A DNA stretch of 64,000 bases from Acutalibacteraceae bacterium (lineage in GTDB: Bacteria; Bacillota; Clostridia; Oscillospirales; Acutalibacteraceae). Position numbers and translations under genes: made by a program. Under the pieces are notes generated by a model that saw nothing but the letters and a program-made list of their open reading frames with translations, was not told the DNA's origin and searched no databases. Positions within the stretch are counted from its first letter, which is position 1. Every line of letters begins with the position of its first letter. Below, in pieces: positions 36,181-44,167 of the stretch. Location of the stretch: contig JAZUAC010000062.1 of assembly GCA_045637775.1 (NCBI GenBank), forward strand, positions 2,191 through 66,190, given 5' to 3'.

Positions 36181-38526
36181 GTGGTGTTGAACTTGACCGA
36201 AAAGCATGAATTGTCGACCATGCCGAAGAAATTAAAGGAATATTTAGATGGAAATAGTTTGATTTCGGGTAAACCTCTTGTATTTGCCGAAGGTGATATG
36301 GAGTTTTCGTGTGAGTTCAGACACCATGTTCTGATTTTGTGCGAAAATGCCTTGATTCTTGGCAAGGCAAAGGATATCACAAAGGAATTTAAAAATCATA
36401 AGCCTTCCGATAAACGCGAGCGCGAGTGGCAGGAATACACTTTTGAGACCTTTGATATAAAAAACATAACGTCAGCCGCTATCGATAATCTTGTTGTGGG
36501 CGGTATTTTCCGTATCGAATTAAACGGTGAGGATATTCCGCTTTGCGCCTGCACCAATACATATAAAAACCGACTCAATTCGCTTTGTGAGGTTTTGAAT
36601 CTTTTGGCAAGCGATGAGGAAATACCCGAAGAAAAGCTTGTTCACGAAAAAAGAGTTGATGTTTGTCCCAAGTGTGGCAAAAAGTATCCTAATCAAGATC
36701 GCAAGATCTGTCCCAAATGTATGGATAAGCGCCGAATTTTCCTGCGGTTGGGCTCATTTTTCAAACCCTACATACCTTTTATAGTTGTAATGTGTGTCAT
36801 GAACCTGCTGACAGCGGGTCTGTCGGCACTGTGGCCGTATTTAAACGGAAGTGTTCTGTATGACGGCGTTTTGAAGATGGATCATTCGGTCTCGTTCCTT
36901 TCAAAAATCCCTATATACGATTTTGCGGTTTTGTTGGGAATTTTGGCGTTGACCATGGTGGTCTGCAAGCTTTTGCAACAGTTGTTCGGTGTTATACACG
37001 GACGAATGGTGGCCAAGGTCGTGCCCGAGGTTGTCAGCACCATAAAGAAAAAGGTGTTTGGCTCTATTCAGTCTTTGTCGGTGTCGTTCTTTACCGATAA
37101 GCGCACAGGCGGTCTTATGACCCGAATTATAAACGATGCCAATCAGATTTCCGATCTGTTTATCGACGGCATACCTCACATTTTGCCTAATGTTCTAACC
37201 CTTTGTTTTTCTTTTGCAATTATGTTTGCAACCAACTGGATTTTGGCTTTGGTTGCTATGGCGGCTTTGCCCTTGACAGCTATAATCAGCGTTAAGCTTC
37301 AGCCGAGAATGTGGCACTATAATAGCCGTATGCACCAAACCTCGCGTGATTACCGTGCAAAGTTTAATGATAACCTTGTGGGAGCCCGTGTTGTTAAAGC
37401 ATTTGGTATGGAAAAGGCCGAAGCTGACCGTTTGGCGGTTGAAAATGACCGTGTGTATGAAGCGCAGTATGACAGTTTGAAGTTTGATACCAAGTTCAGT
37501 GCGCTTTACGAAGTCGCTAAGTCGCTTACCGCCATGCTTACCTGGGGTGTTGGTGTTTGCTTTGTTTTGGCGGTGTTTGAACCTAAAATGACATACGGTG
37601 AGTTGGTCACCTTCACGGGTTATGTTGCCATGCTTGCTGACCCTGCAACATTCTTTATGCATGTGCTCCGTTGGTGGTCAAGCTCCATGAACTCGGCACA
37701 GCGTATTTTCGAGATAATCGACGCTAAACCCGATGTTATTGAAACTCTTGAGCCCGCAAAGCCTGAGGTCATTAAAGGCGGATTAAAGCTTGAAAATGTG
37801 ACCTTTGGTTATGAAGAAAACCGTGATGTTATAAAGAATGTCAGCGTTGAGGTGGCCCCCGGTGAAATGTTAGGCATAGTCGGACGTTCCGGAGCTGGAA
37901 AATCCACCCTTGCCAATCTTATAACAAGGCTTTATGACCCTAATTCGGGTCACATTTATCTTGACGGTGTTGACATACGCGATATGTCGTTTGAGGATAT
38001 CAGAAGTACGGTTGCTTTGGTCAGCCAGGAAACCTATATTTTCCGAGGCTCCATTTTCGATAATATTGCCTATGCTAATCCAAAAGCCGACCGAAAGGCT
38101 GTGCTTAAGGCGGCTTATGCGGCAAGTGCTCACGACTTTATTTGTAAGCTCCCCGACGGGTATGACACCTTTGTCGGAACGGGCGGAAGAAGTCTTTCGG
38201 GCGGAGAAAGGCAGAGAATTTCCATAGCACGTGCAATCCTTGCCGACCCCAAAATACTGATTTTAGACGAGGCAACCGCCGCTGTTGATACCGAGACCGA
38301 GCGTAATATTCAAAACGCTTTGGAGGAGCTTATCAAGGGCAGAACAACCCTTTCGATAGCCCATAGAATATCCACCCTTCGCAATGCAGATAAGCTGATA
38401 GTAATTGAGGACGGACGCGTTGTCGAGCAGGGTACACACAATGAATTGATACGTATGGACGGAACCTATTTCAAGCTTGTTCAGATTCAGAACGAGGCAT
38501 TGAAGTTCCGCGGAATTTCTGAGTAA
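36181..38526 (+). CDS. ABC exporter half-transporter (TMD-NBD) with ~190-aa N-terminal module ending in a zinc ribbon
   Basis: Walker A GRSGAGKST, signature LSGGERQR, Walker B ILILDEAT, H-loop IAHR, preceded by 6 predicted TM helices. N-terminal CPKC-x12-CPKC at 36664-36720. The exact start is uncertain (GTG 36181, TTG 36193 or ATG 36220). Confidence 0.85.
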   Translation: MVLNLTEKHELSTMPKKLKEYLDGNSLISGKPLVFAEGDMEFSCEFRHHVLILCENALILGKAKDITKEFKNHKPSDKREREWQEYTFETFDIKNITSAAIDNLVVGGIFRIELNGEDIPLCACTNTYKNRLNSLCEVLNLLASDEEIPEEKLVHEKRVDVCPKCGKKYPNQDRKICPKCMDKRRIFLRLGSFFKPYIPFIVVMCVMNLLTAGLSALWPYLNGSVLYDGVLKMDHSVSFLSKIPIYDFAVLLGILALTMVVCKLLQQLFGVIHGRMVAKVVPEVVSTIKKKVFGSIQSLSVSFFTDKRTGGLMTRIINDANQISDLFIDGIPHILPNVLTLCFSFAIMFATNWILALVAMAALPLTAIISVKLQPRMWHYNSRMHQTSRDYRAKFNDNLVGARVVKAFGMEKAEADRLAVENDRVYEAQYDSLKFDTKFSALYEVAKSLTAMLTWGVGVCFVLAVFEPKMTYGELVTFTGYVAMLADPATFFMHVLRWWSSSMNSAQRIFEIIDAKPDVIETLEPAKPEVIKGGLKLENVTFGYEENRDVIKNVSVEVAPGEMLGIVGRSGAGKSTLANLITRLYDPNSGHIYLDGVDIRDMSFEDIRSTVALVSQETYIFRGSIFDNIAYANPKADRKAVLKAAYAASAHDFICKLPDGYDTFVGTGGRSLSGGERQRISIARAILADPKILILDEATAAVDTETERNIQNALEELIKGRTTLSIAHRISTLRNADKLIVIEDGRVVEQGTHNELIRMDGTYFKLVQIQNEALKFRGISE

Positions 38527-38538
38527 GGAGTGAGCCTA

Positions 38539-39078
38539 ATGAGTAATGACATTTTAAAAAATGAAGAAACCAAGGTTGAAAGAATGCTTGAAATATTGAG
38601 GCTGACTCCCGAAAATGCGACTTTTAGAGAAACCGCAGGCGGATTTGCCGCCGTGACGGTTAACGGTGTTGATCACGGGCATGTCAATATCATCAGAACC
38701 TTTCCTTTGAGCGATGCCAATAAGTTTTTGTCTATCCGTCTGCCCGACGGCAAGCAGGATGAGGTTGGCATGATCGAGGATATTGCTGATTTCGACGGTG
38801 AGACCCGTGCTTTGCTAGAAAAGCAGTTGAAGATAAGATATTATCGTCCTTTGATACTTTCGATTGAAAATATCAAAGAGGAATACGGTCACACCTATTG
38901 GACTGTTGTGACCGATAAGGGCCCTACCAAATTCGCGAGTTCTTCGGGCTCGGCAAGTGCGGTCATCCGCTACAAAAAGGGTGTCATTATAAAGGACTCC
39001 AACGACAATCGCTATGAAATAGAGGACCTTTCAAAATTAACCCCTAAAGAAATGAAAAAATTGGATTTGTATTTGTAA
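38539..39078 (+). CDS. Small soluble protein, DUF1854-like (ABC-transporter-associated)
   Basis: Start at ATG 38539 (AAGGAG 8 nt upstream). There are no TM segments. The family name is from memory of DUF1854 proteins encoded next to, or fused to, ABC ATPases and has not been checked by HMM. Confidence 0.55.
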   Translation: MSNDILKNEETKVERMLEILRLTPENATFRETAGGFAAVTVNGVDHGHVNIIRTFPLSDANKFLSIRLPDGKQDEVGMIEDIADFDGETRALLEKQLKIRYYRPLILSIENIKEEYGHTYWTVVTDKGPTKFASSSGSASAVIRYKKGVIIKDSNDNRYEIEDLSKLTPKEMKKLDLYL

Positions 39079-39096
39079 TTCTTAGAAAGGCAGTGT

Positions 39097-41286
39097 ATGG
39101 AACTTAATTTACCGTTACCTAAAAGCCTTCGTTCGCGTCTTGATGAGGTAACTCAAGAGCCTACGGTGTACTGTGTGCAATCAGAGATTGACACCGAAGG
39201 TAATTACACCCAAGATGTTTACGTTGGTGCGACAAAGACGGTGTTGTTTGCCTTTATTGGCGAGCAGACCAAATTTGTAAATATTGCCGATTGTGAAAAG
39301 GTACAGATTCGCAATCAGGTGGATAACGGACTTCTCACCTATACCCAAAAAGGCGAGGAGTATATCCTTGCGCGCTTTACCGGGACCCACACCACACATT
39401 TTGCCTGTCTTGCCCGCGGTGTTAAGCTTTTAATGAATAACAATGACCGTGTTGTTACCAATTCGGAACGCGAAAAGAAATGTCCTAAATGCGGAAGAAT
39501 GCTCACCAAAGCAGGCTTTTGCATTGTGTGTGACAAAAAGAATCGAAGCTTTGGTAGAATTATTGAGATAGCAAAGCCTCACAAGCTCGCACTCATAGTC
39601 ATAACGGCGTTGATGCTTTTGGGTACGGCGGTGACACTTGGTCAGCAGTTTGTTGTCCGTTGGTTTACCGACGGTTATCTTGCTGAAGGTAAGGGAACAC
39701 TTGGTGACATTGCATTGTTTGTCACTCTTTATGTCGGAATCTCATTGATAACGGTTATAGGTCACATGGCGAGAAGCTTTTTGTGTAGCCGATTGGGCAT
39801 GCGAATAAGCCGTGGACTCAGAGCTAAACTCAACGACCATATGCAAAAGCTTTCCATGTCGTATATCGGCAAGCGAAATACAGGTGAACTGCTTGCACGT
39901 GTGTTTAACGACACTTTAAATGTCCGCACATTTTTTACCAACTGCTTCTGCAATATGTTCTCGCAGGTGGTGACCTTGGTTGCACTTGCGGTGCTTATGC
40001 TGATACTTAATTGGAAATTAGCTTTGGCGGCATTCGTATTTGCGCCGCTTATTATGATTTTTGCCAAGACATTCTGGCCGCATATTCGCAAGATTTTCCA
40101 CCGTCAGCGTCGAAAGGGCGACCGCATACAAAACAAATTGCAAGATGTCTTGTCGGGCATACGCATTGTTAAGTCCTACGGCCGCGAAAAGGCCGAGATT
40201 GAAGAGTTTGACCGCTTGAACGATGAGTTTGCCAAGGTTCAAAGGAAGAACGAATTGTTCTTTGCAACTGTGTTCCCATTTTTGTCACTGCTCATGTCGT
40301 TAGGAACATACCTTGTGGTTTATCTTGGCGGCTTGGATGTGTTAAGCGGTGATATGACGCTGGGCGGTCTTGTTCAGTTTATATCCTATGCAGGAATGCT
40401 GTTAGGTCCTTTAAGCTGGATGACCTTCTTGCCGAGGCAGATTGTCAATATGACTACAAGTCTTGACCGAATTTACGATGTTCTGGACGAGAAACCCGAG
40501 ATTTCTTCCAAAGAAAACGCTAAAAAAGCCGACATCAAGGGTGACATCAGCTTTAAGAATGTTGTTTTTGGCTACCGTTCGCACGAAACTGTGCTTGACG
40601 GAGTCAGCATCGATGTAAAGGCGGGCGAGATGATAGGTCTTGTCGGAGCATCGGGCACAGGTAAATCGACCTTTATAAACCTTGTTATGCGTCTTTATGA
40701 TGTTGAAGAAGGAAGCATAACGATTGACGGTGTTGACATTAAGGATTACGATGTCAGCGACTATCACAGTAAGATTGGCGTTGTGTTGCAGGAGACCTTC
40801 CTCTTTGCGGGAACGGTGCTTGATAATATCAGCTTTGCAAGACCCGATGCCTCGCTTGAGGAAATTATAAGGGCGGCAAAGGCGGCCAACGCACACGAAT
40901 TTATTTGCAAACTTCCCGACGGATATAACACCTATGTCGGTGAAAAGGGTCATATGCTTTCGGGCGGTGAAAAGCAGAGAATTGCTATTGCCCGAGCCAT
41001 TTTGGGCGATCCGAGGATTTTGATTTTGGATGAAGCAACCTCGGCACTCGATACCGAAAGTGAGTATCAGATCCAGCAGGCGTTGGAACGCTTGCGACAG
41101 GGTCGAACCACCTTTGCCATTGCTCACCGCTTGTCGACACTTCGTTGTGCCGACCGAATTGCGGTTATAGATGACCACAAGATTGCCGAACTCGGCTCTC
41201 ATAACGAGCTTTTGAAACAAAAAGGCATCTACTACGGTCTCGTCATGGCCCAGCTCGAAATGAACAAGCGAAAAGGGAAAGAGTGA
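39097..41286 (+). CDS. ABC exporter half-transporter (TMD-NBD) with ~160-aa N-terminal module ending in a zinc ribbon
   Basis: Walker A GASGTGKST, signature LSGGEKQR, Walker B ILILDEAT, IAHR. N-terminal CPKC-x10-CIVC at 39481-39531. The N-module is distantly similar to that of 36181..38526. Confidence 0.85.
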   Translation: MELNLPLPKSLRSRLDEVTQEPTVYCVQSEIDTEGNYTQDVYVGATKTVLFAFIGEQTKFVNIADCEKVQIRNQVDNGLLTYTQKGEEYILARFTGTHTTHFACLARGVKLLMNNNDRVVTNSEREKKCPKCGRMLTKAGFCIVCDKKNRSFGRIIEIAKPHKLALIVITALMLLGTAVTLGQQFVVRWFTDGYLAEGKGTLGDIALFVTLYVGISLITVIGHMARSFLCSRLGMRISRGLRAKLNDHMQKLSMSYIGKRNTGELLARVFNDTLNVRTFFTNCFCNMFSQVVTLVALAVLMLILNWKLALAAFVFAPLIMIFAKTFWPHIRKIFHRQRRKGDRIQNKLQDVLSGIRIVKSYGREKAEIEEFDRLNDEFAKVQRKNELFFATVFPFLSLLMSLGTYLVVYLGGLDVLSGDMTLGGLVQFISYAGMLLGPLSWMTFLPRQIVNMTTSLDRIYDVLDEKPEISSKENAKKADIKGDISFKNVVFGYRSHETVLDGVSIDVKAGEMIGLVGASGTGKSTFINLVMRLYDVEEGSITIDGVDIKDYDVSDYHSKIGVVLQETFLFAGTVLDNISFARPDASLEEIIRAAKAANAHEFICKLPDGYNTYVGEKGHMLSGGEKQRIAIARAILGDPRILILDEATSALDTESEYQIQQALERLRQGRTTFAIAHRLSTLRCADRIAVIDDHKIAELGSHNELLKQKGIYYGLVMAQLEMNKRKGKE

Positions 41287-41651
41287 TGATTCCGTATAAT
41301 AAAGACCTTGTTACAAATGCAAAAACTTTGCGAAAAAACATGACGAGCGAAGAAAAGCATCTGTGGTATGATTTTTTTAAAAAACTTCCCACTACCGTTA
41401 AACGCCAGCATAATATTGAAAATTATATTGTTGACTTTTATATCGCAAGCCATAAGTTGGTTATCGAACTTGACGGTGTGCAACACTCAACAACCGAGGC
41501 TATGTTGGAAGATGAGAAAAGAACAAAGGTCTTGGCAAGGTGGGGAATAACTGTTGTTAGATACACAAACCGAGAGGTGAATCAGAATTTTAATTCGGTT
41601 GCACAGGATATTCTTAATAAATTAGGGATGTCATTCTCGGATTTGAAATGA
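41283..41651 (+). CDS. DUF559 (Vsr-like) endonuclease domain protein
   Basis: LRKNMTSEEKHLWYDFFKK...VDFYIASHKLVIELDGVQH...RYTNREV is the typical DUF559 pattern. The start (GTGATG) overlaps the stop of the ABC gene. Noticeably more AT-rich than the ABC genes. Confidence 0.8.
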   Translation: MMIPYNKDLVTNAKTLRKNMTSEEKHLWYDFFKKLPTTVKRQHNIENYIVDFYIASHKLVIELDGVQHSTTEAMLEDEKRTKVLARWGITVVRYTNREVNQNFNSVAQDILNKLGMSFSDLK

Positions 41652-41680
41652 TGTAAAATGTGGGAAACTCACTTCGGCTT

Positions 41681-41853
41681 GTCAGCCTTCTCCGGTGGGA
41701 GAAGGTGGCGTGAGGAACGAGCGACGGATGAGGCGTTTGTTGGGCCATGATTTAGTGAATGCTGTTTCTTGGTTTTGCGGGCTGCCGTGGCGTCAGCCCC
41801 TACTACCCATCCACCACTGCGTGGTCCCCCTTCCCTCGCAAGGGAAGGCTGTC
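41681..41853. repeat. MITE-like element: two ~50-nt hairpin-containing units in inverted orientation around a short core
   Basis: The left unit is GTCAGCCTTCTCC-ggtg-GGAGAAGGTGGCG...GGATGAGG (41681-41733). The right unit, on the reverse strand, is GACAGCCTTCCCT-tgcg-AGGGAAGGGGGAC...GGATGGGT (41853-41805). The stems differ by compensatory changes. Confidence 0.55.
41777..41803 (-). repeat. Solo GTAG-type REP-like unit embedded in the MITE-like element
   Basis: The reverse strand reads GTAG-GGGCTGAC-gccac-GGCAGCCC-GC, the same architecture as the 16.8-17.15 kb units. Confidence 0.6.
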
Positions 41854-41874
41854 AGGATTTAAAGTTCAGATACA

Positions 41875-41902
41875 AAAAAAGCAGCCGTGAGGCTGCTTTT
41901 TT
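41875..41902. terminator. Bidirectional terminator hairpin, copy A of an identical 27-mer
   Basis: AAAAAA-GCAGCC-gtga-GGCTGC-TTTTTT. Identical to 42813-42839 over 27 nt. Confidence 0.75.
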
Positions 41903-42104
41903 ATATACTGTCTTTCAACCCTAAAATATAATCGGTTGATGTTTTATAATACTTTGCAAGCGCTATTACAAATCGCGTTGGAATTTCACGCTTGCCGGTT
42001 TCATAATTACTGTAAACGCGTTGGTCGATATTCAAATAAGCAGCAACTTCTTTTTGCTTAAGGTCGTGATCTTCACGAAGGTCGCGTAATCTTGGATAGT
42101 ACAT
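41901..42104 (-). CDS. XRE family HTH protein (small)
   Basis: 67 aa: LRDLREDHDLKQKEVAAYLNIDQRVYSNYETGKREIP. Confidence 0.8.
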   Translation of the reverse strand: MYYPRLRDLREDHDLKQKEVAAYLNIDQRVYSNYETGKREIPTRFVIALAKYYKTSTDYILGLKDSI

Positions 42105-42113
42105 AATTTTCTG

Positions 42114-42353
42114 TCAATCAATAAGATTCTCTCTATCGAAAATAGGTGAATCAAAGAAATCCTTAATATTTATTTCAAGACCTTCGCATATTTCATAGAT
42201 AATACGAATCTTCATACTTGGGAATTTGCACTTCATAACAGTGCTTAATGTTGACTGTGGCACACCGCTTTTCATTGAAAGTTGATATTGTGTAATATTG
42301 TTTTGCTTGCATAATTGCGTTATTCGTTTAGATATAGCTTCATTTAATTGCAT
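42114..42353 (-). CDS. XRE family HTH protein (small)
   Basis: 79 aa: ISKRITQLCKQNNITQYQLSMKSGVPQSTLSTVM. GGAGGG RBS. Confidence 0.8.
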   Translation of the reverse strand: MQLNEAISKRITQLCKQNNITQYQLSMKSGVPQSTLSTVMKCKFPSMKIRIIYEICEGLEINIKDFFDSPIFDRENLID

Positions 42354-42370
42354 AAATCCAACCCTCCATA

Positions 42371-42433
42371 TACTTCGCTTACTTGATATAAGTATATGGC
42401 TATTTTAAACAATGTTACTTCGAGTACTTGATA
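42371..42433. promoter_or_regulatory. Direct-repeat operator candidates in a divergent promoter region
   Basis: TACTTCGCTTACTTGATA (42371-42388) and TACTTCGAGTACTTGATA (42416-42433) match at 16 of 18 positions, 45 bp apart. The second overlaps the -35 of the + promoter. Confidence 0.45.
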
Positions 42434-42456
42434 AAACAAAGTAAAAGTGATATAAT
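42428..42456 (+). promoter_or_regulatory. Sigma-A promoter TTGATA-17-TATAAT (TGA extended -10)
   Basis: -35 at 42428-42433, -10 at 42451-42456, 20 nt upstream of ORF 42477. Confidence 0.6.
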
Positions 42457-42476
42457 GATGTACAAGAGGTGATATT

Positions 42477-42752
42477 ATGTTATTACAGGATTGTATTACT
42501 ATGGATATTGAATATTTAAAAAAGATTTTCAATAAACGGTTAGAAGGCAAATATATCAATTATGGGTTGGATGAAATATTGGCAAAGGCTGAACTTTTGA
42601 AAAATGATATTTCTGAATATATTCTTTACCCTATAAATCCTTTGTATGATTATTTTGTGGACTTAGGTATAACCGACGAAACAGAAATGCGCAGATTGTT
42701 GGCAACCATGTTTTACTTTCACATTAAGAATGAAAGCAAAAATCTTGGTTAG
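42477..42752 (+). CDS. Hypothetical small protein (91 aa)
   Basis: ORF with a GAGGTG RBS and a consensus promoter. No recognisable motif. AT-rich. Confidence 0.5.
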   Translation: MLLQDCITMDIEYLKKIFNKRLEGKYINYGLDEILAKAELLKNDISEYILYPINPLYDYFVDLGITDETEMRRLLATMFYFHIKNESKNLG

Positions 42753-42760
42753 GAAGATGG

Positions 42761-42805
42761 CCCTCTCACCCGACATACGCCGGGAGCTCTCCCAAAGGGA
42801 GAGCC
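42761..42805 (-). repeat. Third copy of the hairpin-repeat family seen at 41681-41853
   Basis: The reverse strand reads GGCTCTCCC-tttg-GGAGAGCTCCCGGCG...GGTGAGAGGG, the same architecture. It sits just before terminator copy B, as the 41805-41853 unit sits before copy A. Confidence 0.5.
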
Positions 42806-42812
42806 TATATAG

Positions 42813-42839
42813 AAAAAAGCAGCCGTGAGGCTGCTTTTT
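42813..42839. terminator. Bidirectional terminator hairpin, copy B of the identical 27-mer
   Basis: AAAAAAGCAGCCGTGAGGCTGCTTTTT, identical to 41875-41901. Confidence 0.75.
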
Positions 42840-42845
42840 GTTTGT

Positions 42846-42978
42846 TTAAATATCATAAAACTCAAAATTCTTGGCTGAATTTTTGGCGGCAAGGCACATT
42901 TTAGCGCTCAAAATTCCGCTTTCAAGCGTTGCGCAAGAGTTTTTGTTGCCACGGACAACATCAACAAAATTTTGAACA
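42846..42978 (-). pseudogene. 3'-terminal remnant of a Gfo/Idh/MocA-type oxidoreductase gene
   Basis: Own translation of the minus strand directly after the nagA stop gives ILVQNFVDVVRGNKNSCATLESGILSAKMCLAAKNSAKNFEFYDI*. This resembles the C-terminal helix region of these oxidoreductases. There is no start codon and no N-terminal part. Confidence 0.4.
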
Positions 42979-42984
42979 AGAATC

Positions 42985-44166
42985 TTATTTTACTATGCCA
43001 TCCAAAATGACGTTTTTGACGTTGTAGTTACTGTCGGCAATAACAAAATCAGCAACCTTACCAACTTCAATACTGCCCATGGTGTTGTCAACCTTGTGAA
43101 GCTTTGCGGGTGCTAAAGACAACATTTTTGATGCGGTGCAAATGTCAATTCCGTAATCCTTTACAAGCACCCTCAAGCAACGATCGGATGTGGCAATACT
43201 GCCTGCAAATGAGGATAAATCCTGCAATTTGGCAACGCCGTCGTCAACAATGACTTCGCATCCGCAAGAGGGTGTACCGAGATACGCCTTTTTCAAGTCG
43301 GTGCCTGCAATTCGCATAGCATCGGTAATGGCGCACACCTTTTCGGATCCCTTTATCTTCAAAGCAAGCCTCAAAACGCCTTTCGGGATGTGGCAACCGT
43401 CACAAATCAGCTCTATCACAACATCATCGTTAAGATAAGCCGCCTCAACCACACCGTCAAGCACCTTTTGACCCTCTTTGTGGTAGGTCGTAACAGCATT
43501 GTAGCAATGGGTGACATGAGAAAAACCTGACTTAATTCCCGTCTCGGCCTCGTCGGTTGTGGCGGTTGAGTGTGCTATCGAGCAAATTACACCCTTTTCG
43601 GAAAGGTACTCGGCAAATTTATCGGCATCGGGCAACTCGGGTGCTGCGTCCCAACGGATGATGTGACCTTCGGAAAGCTCGTAGAGATGTTTTACCTCGT
43701 TCATATCGGGGTAACGCAGAAGGTCGCCTCGTTGCGCACCCTTTGATTTGCCACCTGCACCCGAAAGATACGGTCCTTCAAGGTGGAGTCCCAAGGTTTT
43801 GGCACCCTTGCGGTCGGTCTTCAAAAACTCAAGATAAGCCTTGACAAAGTTTTCAAGTTCTTCGGGTGTTGCGGTCATTGAGGTCGGCACAAGCGTGGTG
43901 GTTCCGTGCTTTAAATGTGTGGTTGTTATCGTTTCAAAGGCCTCAACCGTGGCTTCCATAAAATCGGCACCGCCGCCACCGTGAACATGGCTTTCGATAA
44001 AGCCTGCCAACAGATATCCGCCGTTTGCATCAAGTGTTTTGATGTCGCTCGGTGCATTTTTGCAGTCGATTTCGGCAATTTTGCCATCTAAAACCAACAC
44101 CGAAACCTTGTCGGTAACGGTGCTGGAAAGTACAACTTTAGCGTTTTTTATAAGTAAATTGTTCAT
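42985..44166 (-). CDS. nagA: N-acetylglucosamine-6-phosphate deacetylase
   Basis: Start ATG 44166 (MNNLLIKNAKVV...). GFIESHVHGGGG, HLEGPY and AHS...HCYNA are amidohydrolase NagA motifs. The longer ORF N-terminus is an out-of-frame read of the nagB 3' end. Confidence 0.9.
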   Translation of the reverse strand: MNNLLIKNAKVVLSSTVTDKVSVLVLDGKIAEIDCKNAPSDIKTLDANGGYLLAGFIESHVHGGGGADFMEATVEAFETITTTHLKHGTTTLVPTSMTATPEELENFVKAYLEFLKTDRKGAKTLGLHLEGPYLSGAGGKSKGAQRGDLLRYPDMNEVKHLYELSEGHIIRWDAAPELPDADKFAEYLSEKGVICSIAHSTATTDEAETGIKSGFSHVTHCYNAVTTYHKEGQKVLDGVVEAAYLNDDVVIELICDGCHIPKGVLRLALKIKGSEKVCAITDAMRIAGTDLKKAYLGTPSCGCEVIVDDGVAKLQDLSSFAGSIATSDRCLRVLVKDYGIDICTASKMLSLAPAKLHKVDNTMGSIEVGKVADFVIADSNYNVKNVILDGIVK

Positions 44167-44167
44167 T

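Noticed and set aside
41901-42752. Toxin-antitoxin or abortive-infection module in the AT-rich islet
   Set aside because: Both minus-strand genes are plain HTH proteins, and the 91-aa ORF has no toxin-like motif I can recognise. Only a generic regulatory-switch interpretation is kept.
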